A stretch of 64,000 nucleotides of DNA from the human T2T-CHM13v2.0 reference genome, Homo sapiens (GCF_009914755.1 NC_060929.1); one strand, 5' to 3'; counted from the first letter of the stretch, positions 42,111 through 56,915 are shown. Numbers and translations: made by a program. The notes: a model not told the origin generated them from the letters alone.

Positions 42111-42587
42111 AACACATATAAATAATTTAAAATATTTCTCACCTAATTCATAGGACTCTCTTGGTTAATTTTTTAAAAAGCATATGTTGAATTACTCCTC
42201 CTTCCCACATATTAAATCTCCATTAACTCTTTAGAATTGAATAGTTTTCCTTTTTTTTTTTTTTTGGCTAAACAGCTTGGCCTTTATAGCTCACAGTATT
42301 AGGGTTGAAAGAGAGCCAGAGAAGTAAAAGTGATTAATAACAAAGGGAGAGTAGAAAATAATTAACAGCCAAGCAAGAGGATGAAGCACCATATTGTTCA
42401 ATTAATAAGCCAAGAGTCATCAGAAATTGTGGCTTATATTTGTTCTCTTGCTTACAAATCTTAATTACATGTGATTTTTTTGCCTATTTACTTGGGCATG
42501 CTGATTTTTATCTCTCCCAAATTCTTTCTCTTTGATTCATTATTTTGTCCTATTTATTACCTTTTCCTATTGTCAATTAAAAATATG

Positions 42588-42706
42588 TTTTAATTGACAA
42601 ATAATGGTATATATTTATGGGGTACAATGTGATGTTTTGATATTTATGTACATATGGAATGATTAAACTATGCTTATTAACATACGTATCCCCTCACCTA
42701 CTTACG
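42588..42706 (-). mobile_element. L1MA 3' terminal fragment
   Basis: ttttaattgacaaataat...tatttatggggtacaatgtgatgttttgata. Confidence 0.8.
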
Positions 42707-43137
42707 TAATTAGCATAGAGGAGGGAGGAAGCCGGGGTTATCCTGTTTTCTAACCCCAAATATGTTGGCTCTCACTTCTTAGCCTCCTAACATTTCTAAG
42801 TTCCTCTCTGCTCCTCTTCATCTTATTCCCTTTGTAAATATAGTGCGAACTTTAAAATTCAGTTAGATATTTCTAATGTTGAGCCATCTATCTGTTCTTT
42901 TCTGCCTCTGAACTGTGTTTATTCTTTCTATCTTTCTTAGGACACTATGTATGTCTAGAAGAAACAAAGGAGACATTAAAAAAAGATCTTTTCCAGTAAG
43001 GGCAGGTGCAGACCTAGATAAGAAGTCTAGGAGTTCTTGGAGCAAGTCCAAGTAAAAACTTGGCCTTGCAAATATGCTGTATCGATGATTGTTATGTTCA
43101 CATAGGAAATAAAAATAATGTGTTTTCCTTTCATTTA

Positions 43138-43370
43138 GTAATAATAATTTACCGAGCACTTGGATTGAGAGACACCATGCTAGGTACTCTGCCTTTATTA
43201 ATTCACTTAATTATCCCAATAGTCTTATGAAATAGGCACTGTTATAGTCCCTGCTGTGTAGAGAAGGAATCTGAGGCATAGAGTGGTTGGTAACTTAGTG
43301 AGCGAGTAGTTGGACTGGGATTTGTATTTAGCCTGACTTCAACATCCTCACTCTTTGCCCTTTACTCTAG
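43138..43370 (-). mobile_element. MIR SINE
   Basis: aatttaccgagcactt...gaaggaatctgaggcatagag...ctgggatttg. Confidence 0.75.
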
Positions 43371-43624
43371 CACTCTTAAAAATGGCTCTGTGTGGACCAT
43401 GGTCCTCCATGTGAAAGAATAGTTTTTCCCTTAGTTGGTTATTAAATTGAATGCTACAGAATTTCTTACTTGGATTGATATGGACAGTGCCAGGAAATCT
43501 CTCACAACATCCTTCTTTATTTGAAGTGTGGCAGAGTTGTCTCCTGTGCTTCAAATTTCAGGGACTTGAGACACATTTAGTATAATAGATGTGTTTAGAG
43601 TCAGGACTTTCCAGCCAATGGTGG

Positions 43625-43772
43625 TTTTTATTTTATTATTATTATTATTTGATTTTAGAAATGGAATCTTGCTATGTTGCCTTGGTTGGATTCAAACTCA
43701 TGGGCTAAAGTGATCCACTCACCTTAGCCTCCCAAGTAGCTGGGATATAGGTGCATGCCAACACACCCAGCT
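43625..43772 (-). mobile_element. FLAM monomeric Alu
   Basis: tcttgctatgttgcc...caaactcatgggctaaagtgatcc...cacacccagc, single arm. Confidence 0.85.
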
Positions 43773-44792
43773 CAATGGTATTTGAATAATTATCTATTCG
43801 ACATGAAGAAATAAGGTCATATATGCAAAACTCTAGCCCTAAACACATGTAGATACACACACCTACACACATACCTTCGCACCTCAGTGAAGAAAACATC
43901 ATGAATCTGAACCTTCTGCCTGTAGAGTCTGTACATGGTCTTTAAAGATTTCTCAACACTTAGCTTTAGAGCCATTTCAGTGAATCAAGAGTTCAAATAA
44001 AGCTATCTTGCTTTTCCTCAGCTAGTCTAATCACTTCTACATAACAGCAGCAAGTTGATGCCCAAAGAGGTCATTGACTTATTTGCTTTGGCTATTGGCC
44101 CCAAATCAGGCATCTGACAATTTTCAACTAAAGAACAAAAATAATGTCTTCTTCACAGAATTGGGAAATAATAAATTCAATCAGGCATGCAAGGCCCTTT
44201 ACATAGTGCCCTACACATACTTGCCTCTCAGGAAATGGGACTTAAAAGGCAGGTTGCTGTCTCACCAACCTCAAACTCCATTGTTAGTAATGGTAGTAGA
44301 AGCAGTACAGAAGAAGGAAAAAGGGACACTGAGATAGGCGTTTGGAGACTCCCTACTCCAAGTCAGACTTCCATCTTTTGGCTTTCTCTGCTTTGGCAAA
44401 CTACTTCTTCTTGCCTTGATTCCTTCCTTTTTAAAATAATGGCATTAGATTAGCAATAATTTTGAGTGTTTATAGATCATTCACTCACCAAAAATCTATA
44501 AACTTCACGGAGGCAGGCTTTTCTCTCAATTTTGCTGCAGCATTTCCAGTGTCAGACATGTATTTGGTGCTTTATTGCTGAATAAATAAATGACTCATCA
44601 ACTAATAAATTCTGTAGATCTTGCCACCCACCCAGAGAAGCTGTATATTTAAAAAGTTGTGTCCACTCTTAGGGCCTCATGGACTTTAGGTCACTGGGCC
44701 TCAGGTTAGGAGTATATCACCTACAAATTTTCTTTTACTTTTAATGTTCTAGGAATCTACTAAAGGCCCTGTTAACATAGTGTGATGTAGAA

Positions 44793-46040
44793 GAAATCAA
44801 AGACACAAATAAATATATTTCTCATACTTATAGCTTGGAAGACTTAATATTGTTAAAATGCTCATACTACACAAAGTGATCCGTGGACTCAGTCCAATCT
44901 CTATCACAATTCCAGTGGAATTTTTTGCAGAAAGAGAGAAAACATCATAAAATATATATGAAATCTCAAGGGACCCTGAATAGCCAAAACAATCTAGAAA
45001 AAGAACAGAGGTAGAGGACCTTCTCTTCCTTGCTTCAATACATACTGCAAAACAGCAGTAATCAAGATGTTGTGGTACTGGCATAAAGACAGATACATAG
45101 ACAAATGGAACAGAATAGAGAGACTGGATATGAACCTTTGCATATATGGGCAAATAATTTTTGACAAGTGTGCCAAGACTACACGAAGGGGAAAGCACAG
45201 TCTCTTCGATAGATGATGCTGGGAAAACTGGATATACACATGGAAAAGAATGAAGTCACCATTACCTTATAGCATTTAAAAATTAACTCAAAATCAATTG
45301 AAGACCTACATTAAAAATGTAAAACTATAAACCTCTCAGAAGAAAACATGGCAGAAAATGTTCAGGACATTGGAATTGGCAATGATTTCTTAAATATGAA
45401 ACCCAAAGCACAGGCAACAAGAGAAATTGGAACCCATTATGCAAACTAGTATGGAGGCTCCTCAAAAAGCCAAATATTTAATTACCATGTTATGATTCAG
45501 CAATCCCACTTCTGAGTATATATCGCAAAGAATTCAAAGCAGAATCTCAAAGACATATTCACACACCTATGTTCTTTGTAGTTTTATTCACAATAGCTGA
45601 TACGTGAAAGCAACCCAGATGTCCATCGACAGATGAATAGATAAGCAAAATGCAGTAGAGACATACAGTGGAATATTATGCAGCTTTAAAACAGGAAGGA
45701 CATCCTCTTACATGTGTTGTAATATGGATGAACGTCGAGGACATTATGCTAAGCAAAATAAGCCAATCACAAAAGGACAAAAAAGTACTGCATGATTCCA
45801 TTTAGACATGAAATATCTAAAATAGTCAGAATCATAGAAAGTAGAAAGATGATTGCTGAGGGCTGAGGCAGGGAGAAGGAATTATTGATTGATGGGCGTA
45901 GAGTTTCAACTTTGCAAAATAAAAAGTTCCAAAGATCTGTTGCACAACAATGTGAATACATTTAACGCTACTGAACTGTGTACATAAAACAGTAAATTTA
46001 ATGCTATGTAGGTTTTTAACACAATAAAAAAGTAAATAAA
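44793..46040 (+). mobile_element. L1MB-type (L1MB3-like) ORF2 end and 3'UTR
   Basis: ggaagacttaatattgttaaaatg...gtagagtttcaactttgcaa...acaatgtgaata...ctactgaactgt. Confidence 0.88.
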
Positions 46041-47646
46041 ATGGTATAATGGAGCATGACACTCAAGTACACAATGACATATATCACTGTTATTTTTAAA
46101 ACAGTATGTTTGATATTTTGAAAAACTGAGGAACAGAAAGTATCATCTTTGTGCAAGCTGTAGCCCAGAACATGCTTTCAGTAAACATGCTGACATCTTT
46201 CTTCACTCCCACTGTAGCAATGAGCAAAGCTGCCATCATAACACAATGTCAAGATGTCTTACGTTGACATTAAAGTGTAACCATAGGAGGTTTTGGTTGG
46301 AGGCCCACGGTTTAACAGAGAAACCAGTTTATGGCAAATTTGCCAACATCATAGGACCATGGACATTGCAAATGAGTCCAGTCTAGGAGGTAAAGCAATG
46401 AGTGTTTCCTAAGGGGAAAATGTGTTACTAAAATCAAATTAAAATCGAATGAATGCCTCATGCTGCAGGAGGGAAGAGGACAAGCCCATAATTCCCTAGT
46501 TTTTTTTTTTTTAATCTAATAAGTGCTTTATCACTTTCAGTTTTCTCAGCTCGAGCCAGGGATATTTTGGAGTTATTATGACATTTGAAAGAATGCTGAG
46601 TTTTTGATCTTGTCAGGACTGAAAGTGCTTTATAAATGTCAGAGTTGGTGTGTGGGAATCTAGGGCACAGCTCCAGTGTGTACCTTGTGAGTCAGCTAAT
46701 GAGGCCACAGGAGAGCAGCCATCTGAGCAGCTCCCTGAGTGGTCCTGACTTCCAAAACAGCTTTCTGGTCTGCTCAGCAAAAGAGTTTCACGTTGTTGTT
46801 GTTGTTGAATTGCGAATGAGTATTCAGGTTTAGATTAAGTCATTCCCAGAACTCTCATTGAAAACATTTCTAATACTCTGGTTGCCTCTTTGTTGGAGGG
46901 AAGATAACCCACAGGGGGTTCTTTCTTGGCCTTTGCCGTTAAAGTGATCTCTCCATTGATTGTGGCCCCACTCACCACTTAACTCCTCCTGGATGGTTTC
47001 CTTAAACTGGATTATTATTCTTTGACTCATCAGAATTTAGCAATGTTCTCAGTGTAATTCACAGTATGTAATAGTAGGCTTTACATAAATACTTACTCAG
47101 TGAATGAATAGAAGCCAGACTGTTTTACAATTTTAAATTTGGCCATGATTCTGATGTTGCTTATATGGCCTCTGATTAAATGGGTCTGAGCTTCACTACG
47201 GCCTGTGAGATTATTGAAAGAGGTGTTAGGCTAATGATAAGCCTTGCAGTTGTTATAGTTTGTTTTTAGCACTGAGATTTCTTGACCCTCAATGATCAAA
47301 GAAACTAAGGCCATAGAGAAGCATTCATACTGGAAGAGACAGTCAAAGTCTCTTCTAAAGCATTTCATTTAGAGAAAAGTTATTGGTTCCAAATAAGGTG
47401 ACAGCTCCCAGGTTTTGAAGATGTAGATCAACTGACTGCTTCATGTAGGGTCTCACAGGGGTGTCAGAATCAAGGCACAATGGAGAGTACTCAGTGTGTT
47501 CATGAAAACGCAGTGGAGTAGCAGAGGTTCCTTTTTTTTTTTTTTTTTTTCAATTAAAAAGACTGCAGTTTAAACCTGATTGGAGTTAATGCAGTTGGGC
47601 ATGGACAGGGAGGTACCCTGTTTCTGTATGCCTCTTGTGACATAAC

Positions 47647-47910
47647 AGTGTTTCCCAAAGTGAATTCTAGGTAAGGCTGATTGTAAAGGTTTTAATTTTC
47701 TACAAAAATTGAATTTTCATAGGCAAGCAAGTTTGAGAAATACAGGTTTTAACAAAGTAAGAATTATTAAAGCTTTGATATACTTACATGCCTTGAGACT
47801 CTGTCAGATTTGAAAGGATGCATCATATCCCAAAGATTTTAATCATAAAACTTTTTAAATTAAGAATATCCCAGAATTAGTGTTTTATAGAAGCCATGTG
47901 GGGAAACTAT
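47647..47910. mobile_element. hAT-Charlie-type fossil
   Basis: cagtgtttcccaaagtg start and ggggaaac end suggest decayed TIRs. Confidence 0.45.
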
Positions 47911-49248
47911 ACTCTATAATTTGGAATGCAAATCCACATGTACTTTTCATTAGTGCCTCTATTTGCTGTGGCATTTTCTGTATCATTTGTTCAATTATGT
48001 TATATCTGTATCCTCTTTTTGCAAATCTTTAACTATTTGGATATTAAACCTAGATTGTAGGGACTTACAATTTAAATTCTTCAAGATCACCATAAGAATG
48101 AAGACCACAACATAACAGTATTTTCTATTGACTGCGCAAATAACAAACTACAAAGGCATTGTTCCTATGTAGTTCGATATTTGAGATTGATGAATAGTGG
48201 CATCAAAGGATAGGTTTTGAGACATGTACTTGATTGCTTGCATGGCTATATCATTACATATTCTTAGAATTATAAAGGTATTTAATGATTGTATGTCCCG
48301 ACCACTTATTCATTTATTCTTTCATCCCACATTTACTGAACTGTATTACTATGTTCCTGACACTGTGCTTTATACTATGGAAATAAAGATGGATCATCAT
48401 CTGTATTCGTGTCTGATTTGTAAAGTCCCTCAAAATAATTTATAGACAGTTCCTGGAGACTTCTAGCTGGAAATGAGCTTTCTTTTCATCCATTAAGACT
48501 CTGAAAAGGCCAACTGCTGAAATAACTTGTCCAATATTACAGTTAATTAGCGGCAGTGGAGAAAACAGGACCCAGATATTCAGGATCTAGGCAGTGCTCC
48601 ATCCAGTACTATGACATAGCATAAACATGAGGAGGTAATTTTTTAAAACCAATGATTGAGTTTGTATGACTGGGAATAGAAATTTTTCCAAGTTGGAAAA
48701 TATATTGAGATCTTAATCCAGTGAATATTTATTGCATATGTATCATGTGCTAAATATTATTTAGTGTTTAAGTCCAAGTTCTCATCAAACTTATATTCCA
48801 GTGGCTTCCATATTGCTTAAGACTAGAAATATTGTTTAAATTCATAACTACATTGATGGTTATTAGAGATACCCATAAAAGCCAAGAGTGTGGTTGTGGA
48901 AGGTGTCATCCCATTTAGTGTTTTGTTTCTTTTCCTGACTTACTCCTCAACAAGTGTTACTGGACCTGCAGCTCCAGAAGAAAAACAAGCTTAAGAGTGA
49001 GGAAATTTTCTCCCTTATGGGGTGGCCAGCACAGAGCTTTTTGTTATGTAGTAAGAATAATACTCCAAAATGATGGTTATGGTGGTGACTTTGTAGCTCA
49101 TGTGAATCAGATATAATTAATTCACATCATTTCTTGAGGGCTTGCGGTGTGTATATTGTTATATGCTAAGTATGGTGGGTGATACAAATATATATATAAG
49201 GTATCCTAGTGAAAGATGTCACAGTTTAACTAGTTTAGCCAACACACT

Positions 49249-49251
<3 letters not shown>

Positions 49252-49282
<31 letters not shown>
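49252..49282. repeat. (CA)n microsatellite
   Basis: Read directly. Confidence 0.97.
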
Positions 49283-49284
<2 letters not shown>

Positions 49285-49369
49285 ATCATGTGAACTAGAG
49301 TGATTTTTTGATTGATACTACATGATTACATGCCAAATGAATGATGTAGGCATATACGTGTCAGCGTAT

Positions 49370-49510
49370 GGGATCTTGGCAAGTTATGTCACCCTTCTCA
49401 GCCTCACTTTCTTCATCTGAGAGAAAGGGGTGATAACAGTATCTCATGAAATTGTTGTGAGGAATAAATATAGTTATATAGCTGCTCATATGGGGCACAT
49501 TATGTAACTG
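49370..49510 (+). mobile_element. MIR SINE
   Basis: atcttggcaagtta...gcctcactttcttcatctg...ttgttgtgagga. Confidence 0.75.
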
Positions 49511-50699
49511 GTATTAAACAAACTGGTTTGTGTTTTTCTTTATCTTCACAATTGGAGAGGCAAGATCACAATGAAATAGCAAGATGTAAGTCGTAAGTAG
49601 CTACTTAAAAATAAGTGGCAGAGGCTTATAATTCGAGTGTAAACTTTTCTCCACTGTGTTATCTGACAATGAGTAATGTAGGAATACAGGTATTGCTACA
49701 ACCGTGATCTCAAAAGACCAGAGAAATTGTCACAGAAGGCACAGAGATGTTGAATCTTGAGATATTAGCAATGAGATGGACATATATTATTTTCACCTGA
49801 ACAATATCAATTGCTGTTTTGCTGTTTTTCTATAATAGCATATAGATTTTTACTGTGGTAAACTGCCCTTCCTCCATCAGAGTGGGAGGTAAATCAAAAG
49901 CTCATGGTGCATTCCCAAAACAGACTTCAGAACTTCCAGACACCCAGACTTCCTCTGCTTATCTGGTCACTTTCTTTCTGAAAGCCTTGAGTTTTCAGGG
50001 ATACTCCATGATCCTGCATTAAATTGCTTTTATGGGTAGGCTGGTAAGAGTTAAGATTCTTTTGTTGGAAGCTGCAGAAACAAACTAATACAGGTTACAG
50101 TTGACATAAAATAGTAGCACAAACAATGGCAAATAAATGAAGAATTACGAGACACAATGAGTAGATAAGACTAATAAAAGGCAATGTTTATGCTGAAGAA
50201 TAGTAGAAGAGAAGCTTAGAAAGGTTGAATTAAGCTAGATTGTTGCAGATTTTGAAAGACAATCATACAGGCTGTCATCGTATAAGACAATAATCTGTTG
50301 TAATATCAGAAATCTATTGAAAGGGTAAATGGCTATACATTTTATCCTATTTTTTAGTGTCTGTGAGTTTTCCAGCCAATGTACAGAATGTCCTTGATAT
50401 CTGTAGACTATATCTTCTGAAAGTGCAACTTGGATATATATACTTTTCCATAAAGGTACAGGATAGTTACTTCTACCTAAATGAAATACAGCAAATTCCT
50501 AACACTTTTATGTCAGTACCTTGTTAACATCAATAGTCCTAATCTCTTTGTATGTGGATGAGGATAAATTGTACTTGGGGAAATACAGTTATCTAGGAGT
50601 CAATGGGATTCTCGTCGTCCTAGCTCCATTACAGATGAGGTAAATGAACATGGACAACTGCTTAAGCATCCCTAGACCTCTGTTTGGTCATTTGTTCAA

Positions 50700-51340
50700 G
50701 GGAGATGACCTGTCCTGCCATGTCTATTTTTCTATGTTGCACATATATGTGTGTGTATATATATATATTTTATATATATATATTATATATTATATATATC
50801 TGTGCACATATACAAATGAATATGTGCATCTATGTCCATATATATGTAGACTTACTCATATTTAGCCATACTTTGTACTCAAAGATCATGCATGATATAT
50901 ATTATTTTATACCTTGGTGTTTTTACCCAATGGTATATCTTGAAAATGACTCCAAGTTTTTCATAAAAATGTGTGAAAATTGTTTTGTACTTCAGAATAC
51001 TTCATTGTGTGTACGTACAGTGGTGTGTTCAACCAGTCTTCTGTGGCTTGGCATTCGGGGTTTTCCCAATATTTTTTGGTCACAATTAATACTACCATGA
51101 ATAAGTGCACATGTTGCTTAATTATTGTGGACATATTTTTTTGGATAAAACACTAGATTTTTGGGTCATAGGATGAATATATATAGAGTATTCTTAGGTA
51201 TTGCAAAATTCTTCCTAGGGATTGAAGCCCTATGCAATTCCACTAATAGTGTATGAGGTTACCTGTTTCCCTATGGCCTCAAAAGCATAATTTGTTTTTG
51301 TTGTGAAGCTCTTAAATGTGGCCAGTCTGATCAATAAGAA
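50700..51340 (-). mobile_element. Ancient L1M fragment with embedded TA-rich repeat
   Basis: gtgtgttcaaccagtc...ttttgggtcata...gtgtatgag...cctgtttccc; (TA)-rich 50740-50845. Confidence 0.55.
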
Positions 51341-52355
51341 ATGTAAACTTTATTATTAATTAATACAAGACCAGTGTGGTTAAATGGCTTTATGTAACAT
51401 CTTAAAAATTAAAGTTTTACCAAGGCAAGTATGGGACACCAAGGCATTTAACCAGAAAGATGTAAAAGTTAGATCTTGTATACTATAAGTTTGGCAGTGA
51501 ATAATTTTTTTTTTCATTCAAGGAAGGGCTGCTTCTTTGTCTCATTTTTTTGAGGATTTGTATGGCATAGAGCATATAGAATATATCCAAAAGAAACAAG
51601 TAATTTTTTTACATGAAAATGCACTGCCTTATTCAAAGGTGACTCCCTAGGCTCTTGAAAAGACTGATAGTTATTTTTTTTTCCCCTGCACACTTGGCCA
51701 CATGTTTACAGGCTCCAATATCAGGTGATTGAATGATAAGACCTAAGCTGAAATGTTTATTATATCAAAAAGATATTAATAAAATGTTCTTTTATTGGTG
51801 AATATATCCCTTTGAGCTTGCCAACCGTGTTTTACTTGAAATGTTTTTAGAAAGGATGATTTAGATCAGAGAAACACCTGCCTGTAGTGGCCCTTTGGAG
51901 ATTTTAGATCTCACTATTTTGAGAAAGGCAAAAATCAGCTGTGTGGGAGGGTATGACTTCTACTCTTCAACAGAGGTCACTGCATGTACACTTTGATGTC
52001 TTCAAGATACTTGTGACTCGGTCAATATAATTTTTAAAATACATACAAGTTGTAATAGGAAAAAATTCAGTAAAATGGCATGGAGAGTTCATGTTTTTGG
52101 GGGCCCAGCACTGTACTTTATAACCTAAAAAGTCATTTAATATTTCTGGACCTCAATTTTTCAAACCTCTAAAATGTGAGCAGCTTAGGCTAGTTGATCT
52201 CTAATGTCTTTAATAGTTCGAAAATGTGCTCATGATTTTAATTATACTATCAATCTTTGCTGTCTACATTTAACCCACAGCACTTCCATAGGGAATATGA
52301 AGGTCTACATAGAAATTAGCTTGATCTAGAGTTTTAAAAATCTTTCTTAAAATTA

Positions 52356-52429
52356 GTAGTTTGGTGCAAAAGTAACTGCAGTATTTACCATTAATGGCAA
52401 AAACCGCAATTACTTTTGCACCAGCCTAA
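52356..52429. mobile_element. MADE1 (Hsmar1-derived MITE), spacer deleted
   Basis: TA-gtagtttggtgcaaaagtaactgcag...ccattaatgg...ccgcaattacttttgcaccagcctaa-TA. Confidence 0.95.
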
Positions 52430-53989
52430 TATTTTAATATAAATTGTAAAGAGTCTATTGATTGTTATATACCATAGAAATTTGAAAATGGTAAGATAAA
52501 GAAGCTACCACTTACCTAAAATTACAGGTAGGAGCCAGAGGCAGAAAGAAAACAAGTGTTCTTTATCTACATTTGTAACTGTGCAACAAAAATTTTATAT
52601 ATATGTATATATAATGTAATTGATCATCTTGATAGGCTTCTTTTTCCTGAATAGAAAAATTTAAAATTGAGGTGAAAAGCAGAATTGACTGGTATGTTTA
52701 CTTATAGTCTTCATCCATTAAAGCATAATTGTTAAGAACCCTTTATGTAAAACCATGTCTTTAGATATGAAAAGTTAGACACACAATTTACCATTATCAA
52801 TAAGCATACAATTTAGCTGTGAGAGATAAAATATAAATCAATGAGAAGAATTACAAACATAAATTCTAAAATACAAGTTATAGTAACTATTAATATGTAA
52901 AGGAATATTTATAATCAGTGGAATTAATCCAAGAAAGCCTTTTACATGAGAGCAACTTTAGTACACAACTTGAAGACAGTCAGTCTGCTTCTCACTGTGG
53001 ATTAAAGCCCAGTTTTGCCTGTCTTCAAGAGCTTGACTGTTCAAGTAAGCAGTACAAATCAGATGAAACAAACTTCAGGCCTATTTTAGATTTTAGTTTT
53101 ATATGTTGAGAAATTACTCAAAATAAAGTAATTTGTGCTTGATGACTCAGAAGCTCAGGTAATGTTCTCTGCATCTTCTGCCTTTTAGGGTTGACTGCCA
53201 GGAACTAGCATTCTGACTCTGGTTTGTAAGAATAATTAGAAGCACTTATGATTCAGCACCTTGGAGAGCTACATGAGGATGTGGGTGATATAGGTGTATC
53301 ATCAATCAACCAAAGGATTGGGGGTTATCTGGTTTTATTGAAAATGTTGACTGCACTGCTTGAGGAAGATGGACAGTCTTTTCTGACTTTCTGTACTTAA
53401 TAATCACAATGTGCCTTAAAATATTCAACTATTTCTCTACTGAATATGATACTTATTGTGTTTGGTCTTACAATTATGTCTTCATTAATTGTCTTTGTGC
53501 TTATATTCTTCTGCTCTGGTGCTCTTAGTTCCGTAAAGACAAACTCCTAGTTGGTCATCATCAACATGGTGGAATAGAACTTTCCAGCATTTGTCACTCT
53601 GCAGAAGCATCACTTTGCACAACTATCCATTCAAGAAAATACCTTCACAAGAACTAAGGAAATTATAGCACCTACATGTAGCACAAAAATAAGAAAAAAT
53701 GTATCAAAGAAGGTAGGAGGGAAAGTCTTACAGGATCTCCATCACTCTTCTTCCAAAATCAGGCAGTACAGGCTGGAGAGAGATACCCTCCTCTTGGGGC
53801 GAGTAGAGGGAAGTGAGCACCAGACATTGCCTCAGACTCTAACACCAGGCTTATTGCAGTAAAATAAGGCACTAGACAGGCCCCCCACAGCCACAGATTC
53901 CAGGATAACACCCATGAGCAAAGCCTGCAACCCATTTACTGCCAGGCAGAATTTCACAGCCTCTGGCTTTTAGTCTGCACAGAGGACTT

Positions 53990-54990
53990 GGTCTCTGTGT
54001 TTTCTCCACTGCCAGGCCAGCCCCAGTGGCCCCAGATTCCAGACCAGTGCTAGATCAACCCTCAGAGCACCAGGTTTCAGGCCTGCTGCAACACCAAGCT
54101 GGCTTCCATAGCTCTAGTCATCAGGCTAGCTATTATGGATACAGGCTTGATGCCAACTCAGTGCCAAGCCAGCCTCTGAGGCACCAGGATTACTCTAGGT
54201 TACAGATCAGGCTTGCCTCAGCACCAGGTCAGCACTCCCAGCTTCAGGCACCAGGCAAGCATCTGCAGACACAGGCACAAGGCCTGCCCAGCGCTAAGCC
54301 CATTCATGTGGCACAACATTCCAGCTGACACAGGCTCAAGGACTGTTCCAGTGGCCTCAAGGACAAGTACTGGACCAGCCAAAATAAACCCAGGTTTCAA
54401 GATCACTCCTGTAAACCCAGGTTGCAGGTTGGCCCCCACAATCTCAGGATTAAATCCAATAATGTGGGCATAGGTTCCAGTCCAGCACCCACACATCCAG
54501 CCTCAAGGCTGGCACTTGTGGCCTCAGGTCTCAGCAGACCTTGTCTCAGCCCATCATTGAAGACCCCAGTGCCAGGCCAATCTCTGTAAACTGAGGCCCC
54601 AGAACCCCTCTGAAGACCCACACTCTACACCAGGTCCCTTACACCCAAGACCCAGACCTGCCCCCACAAATTTGGGCCTCAGTGCCACTATTGGGCAGTG
54701 CACAATGGGCTCAGATCCCAGGCTCGTTCCAGTGCCAGCCCAACTTCTGCAAACAAAGGCTCAAGGCCACCTCCAGTATCAGGTCATCTCCTGTGGACCC
54801 AGGCTTCAGATTTGCCCTTGTGGATACAGGCTGCAGGCCTGCCCTCATGGGTATAGTCAATAGGCATGCAACCATGGACTCAATAAAAAGGTGGACTCCT
54901 ATAGACCTAAGCTCAAGGCCCAACCCCACAGACCCAGGTAGCAAACCCACCCATCTGCCGACCCAGGCAATAGGCACCCATCTGCTCACC
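53990..54990 (+). repeat. Degenerate ~30-35 bp tandem array in the L1 5'UTR
   Basis: Recurring (g)acccagg-ctccagg-cc-like units, e.g. aacccaggtttcaag, aacccaggttgcagg, gacccaggcttcaga, gacccaggtagcaaa. Confidence 0.7.
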
Positions 54991-55149
54991 TAGGCCAGCC
55001 TGCTTAAAAAGACTTCGGCAACAAACTCAGCTACAGGCCAAACCAGATGTCCTGCCCAGAATGTTTGGATGGGCTGACTAGTGAAGGACTTTTCTGGATA
55101 AAGCCGGTGTGTGAAGACTAGAATAAGCCGCTGCTTTGACAAGTACATA

Positions 55150-56100
55150 GATATTAATATAAGGCAACAAGAAACATGAAAAACTAAGGAGACATAACAG
55201 CACCAAAAGGACATAATAAAATCTCTCAGTAGCTGACCCCTAAGAAATAGAGACATATGAACAACCCAACAAAGAATTCAAAATAGTCATTTTAAGGAAG
55301 CTCAGTGAAAATCAAGAATATACAGAGAAACAGTTTAATGAAATCAAGAAAAGAATAAATGACCTAAGCTAGAAATTTAACAGAGATTGAAATTATGTTT
55401 AAAAATCAAACAGAAGTCCTGGGACTGAAAAATATAATTAATGAAATGAAAAAAAATGCAATGAAGAGATTTAGAAGCAAAATTAATCAAGCAGAAGAAG
55501 AACCTGTGAACTTACAGACAAGTTATTTGAAAATATACAGTAAGGTCATTGAAAATAATGAAAGGGACTGAAGAAAGCTTATGGAATTTACAGAAGAGCA
55601 TCAAAAGAGCAAATGTGCAAGTTACAGGAGTTCCAGAAGTAAAAGAGAGAGAAAATGGGGTGGAAAGCTTATTTAAAGAAATAATAGAAAACTTTATAAA
55701 TCTGGGGGAAAGAGTGAATATCCAGGTACAGGAAAGTCAAATAAAATTCAGTCATGCCAGACTACACCAAGACATATTATAATTAAACTGTTAAATAATC
55801 AAAGACAAAGAGATTATCCTAAAAGCAGCAAGAGAAAGGGAGCATATAATATGTAATGGAGTTTCAATAAGTCTAATAGCAGATTTCTCAGCAGAAATCT
55901 TACAGGACAAGAAACGTTGGATGATATATTCAAAGTGCTAAAGGAAAAAAAAACAAAAAACAAAGAATACTTTACCTGGCAAAGCTGTTTTTTAGAAATG
56001 AAGGAGAGAGAAAGTCTTTCCCAGACAAACAAAAGCTTAGAGAATTCATTATGAACAGACCAGTCTTAGAAGAAAGGCTAAAGATAATCCTTAAAGATGC
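55150..56100 (+). pseudogene. L1 ORF1p remnant (disrupted)
   Basis: ORF 55549-55782 resembles the L1 ORF1p coiled-coil/RRM junction; frames broken on both sides. Confidence 0.8.
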
Positions 56101-56103
56101 AAG

Positions 56104-56529
<426 letters not shown>

Positions 56530-56915
56530 TTATATCTTTAGTGTAAAAATTAGAAGACAAAATTATTTAAAAAGCAATAGCTATAATAATTTTTATAAGA
56601 TACACAAGATAAAAACAACTAAATTCTGACACCGAAAACAAAATGTAGGGTTGTGTGTGTGGAATTAAAGTGTAGAGTCTTGGTATGTGGTCAAAGTTAA
56701 TTTGTTATCAGCTTAAAATAGCCTGTTATAATTTTAAGATGTTTTATGTAAGCATCATTGGAACCGCAAAGCAAAAACGACAAGAGGTACACAAATGATA
56801 AAAAGTAAGGAATCAAAGCTTAACACTAGAGAAAATCACCTAATCACAAAGGAAGCCAGCAACAGAAGAAGAAAGGAACAAAGGACCTACAAAACAATCA
56901 GAAAATAATTAACAA

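Noticed and set aside
54026-54993. Cluster of ORFs on both strands and a repeat array superficially like a CRISPR or repeat protein
   Set aside because: Degenerate L1 5'UTR array with no constant repeat and unique spacer structure; ORFs reflect stop-poor composition
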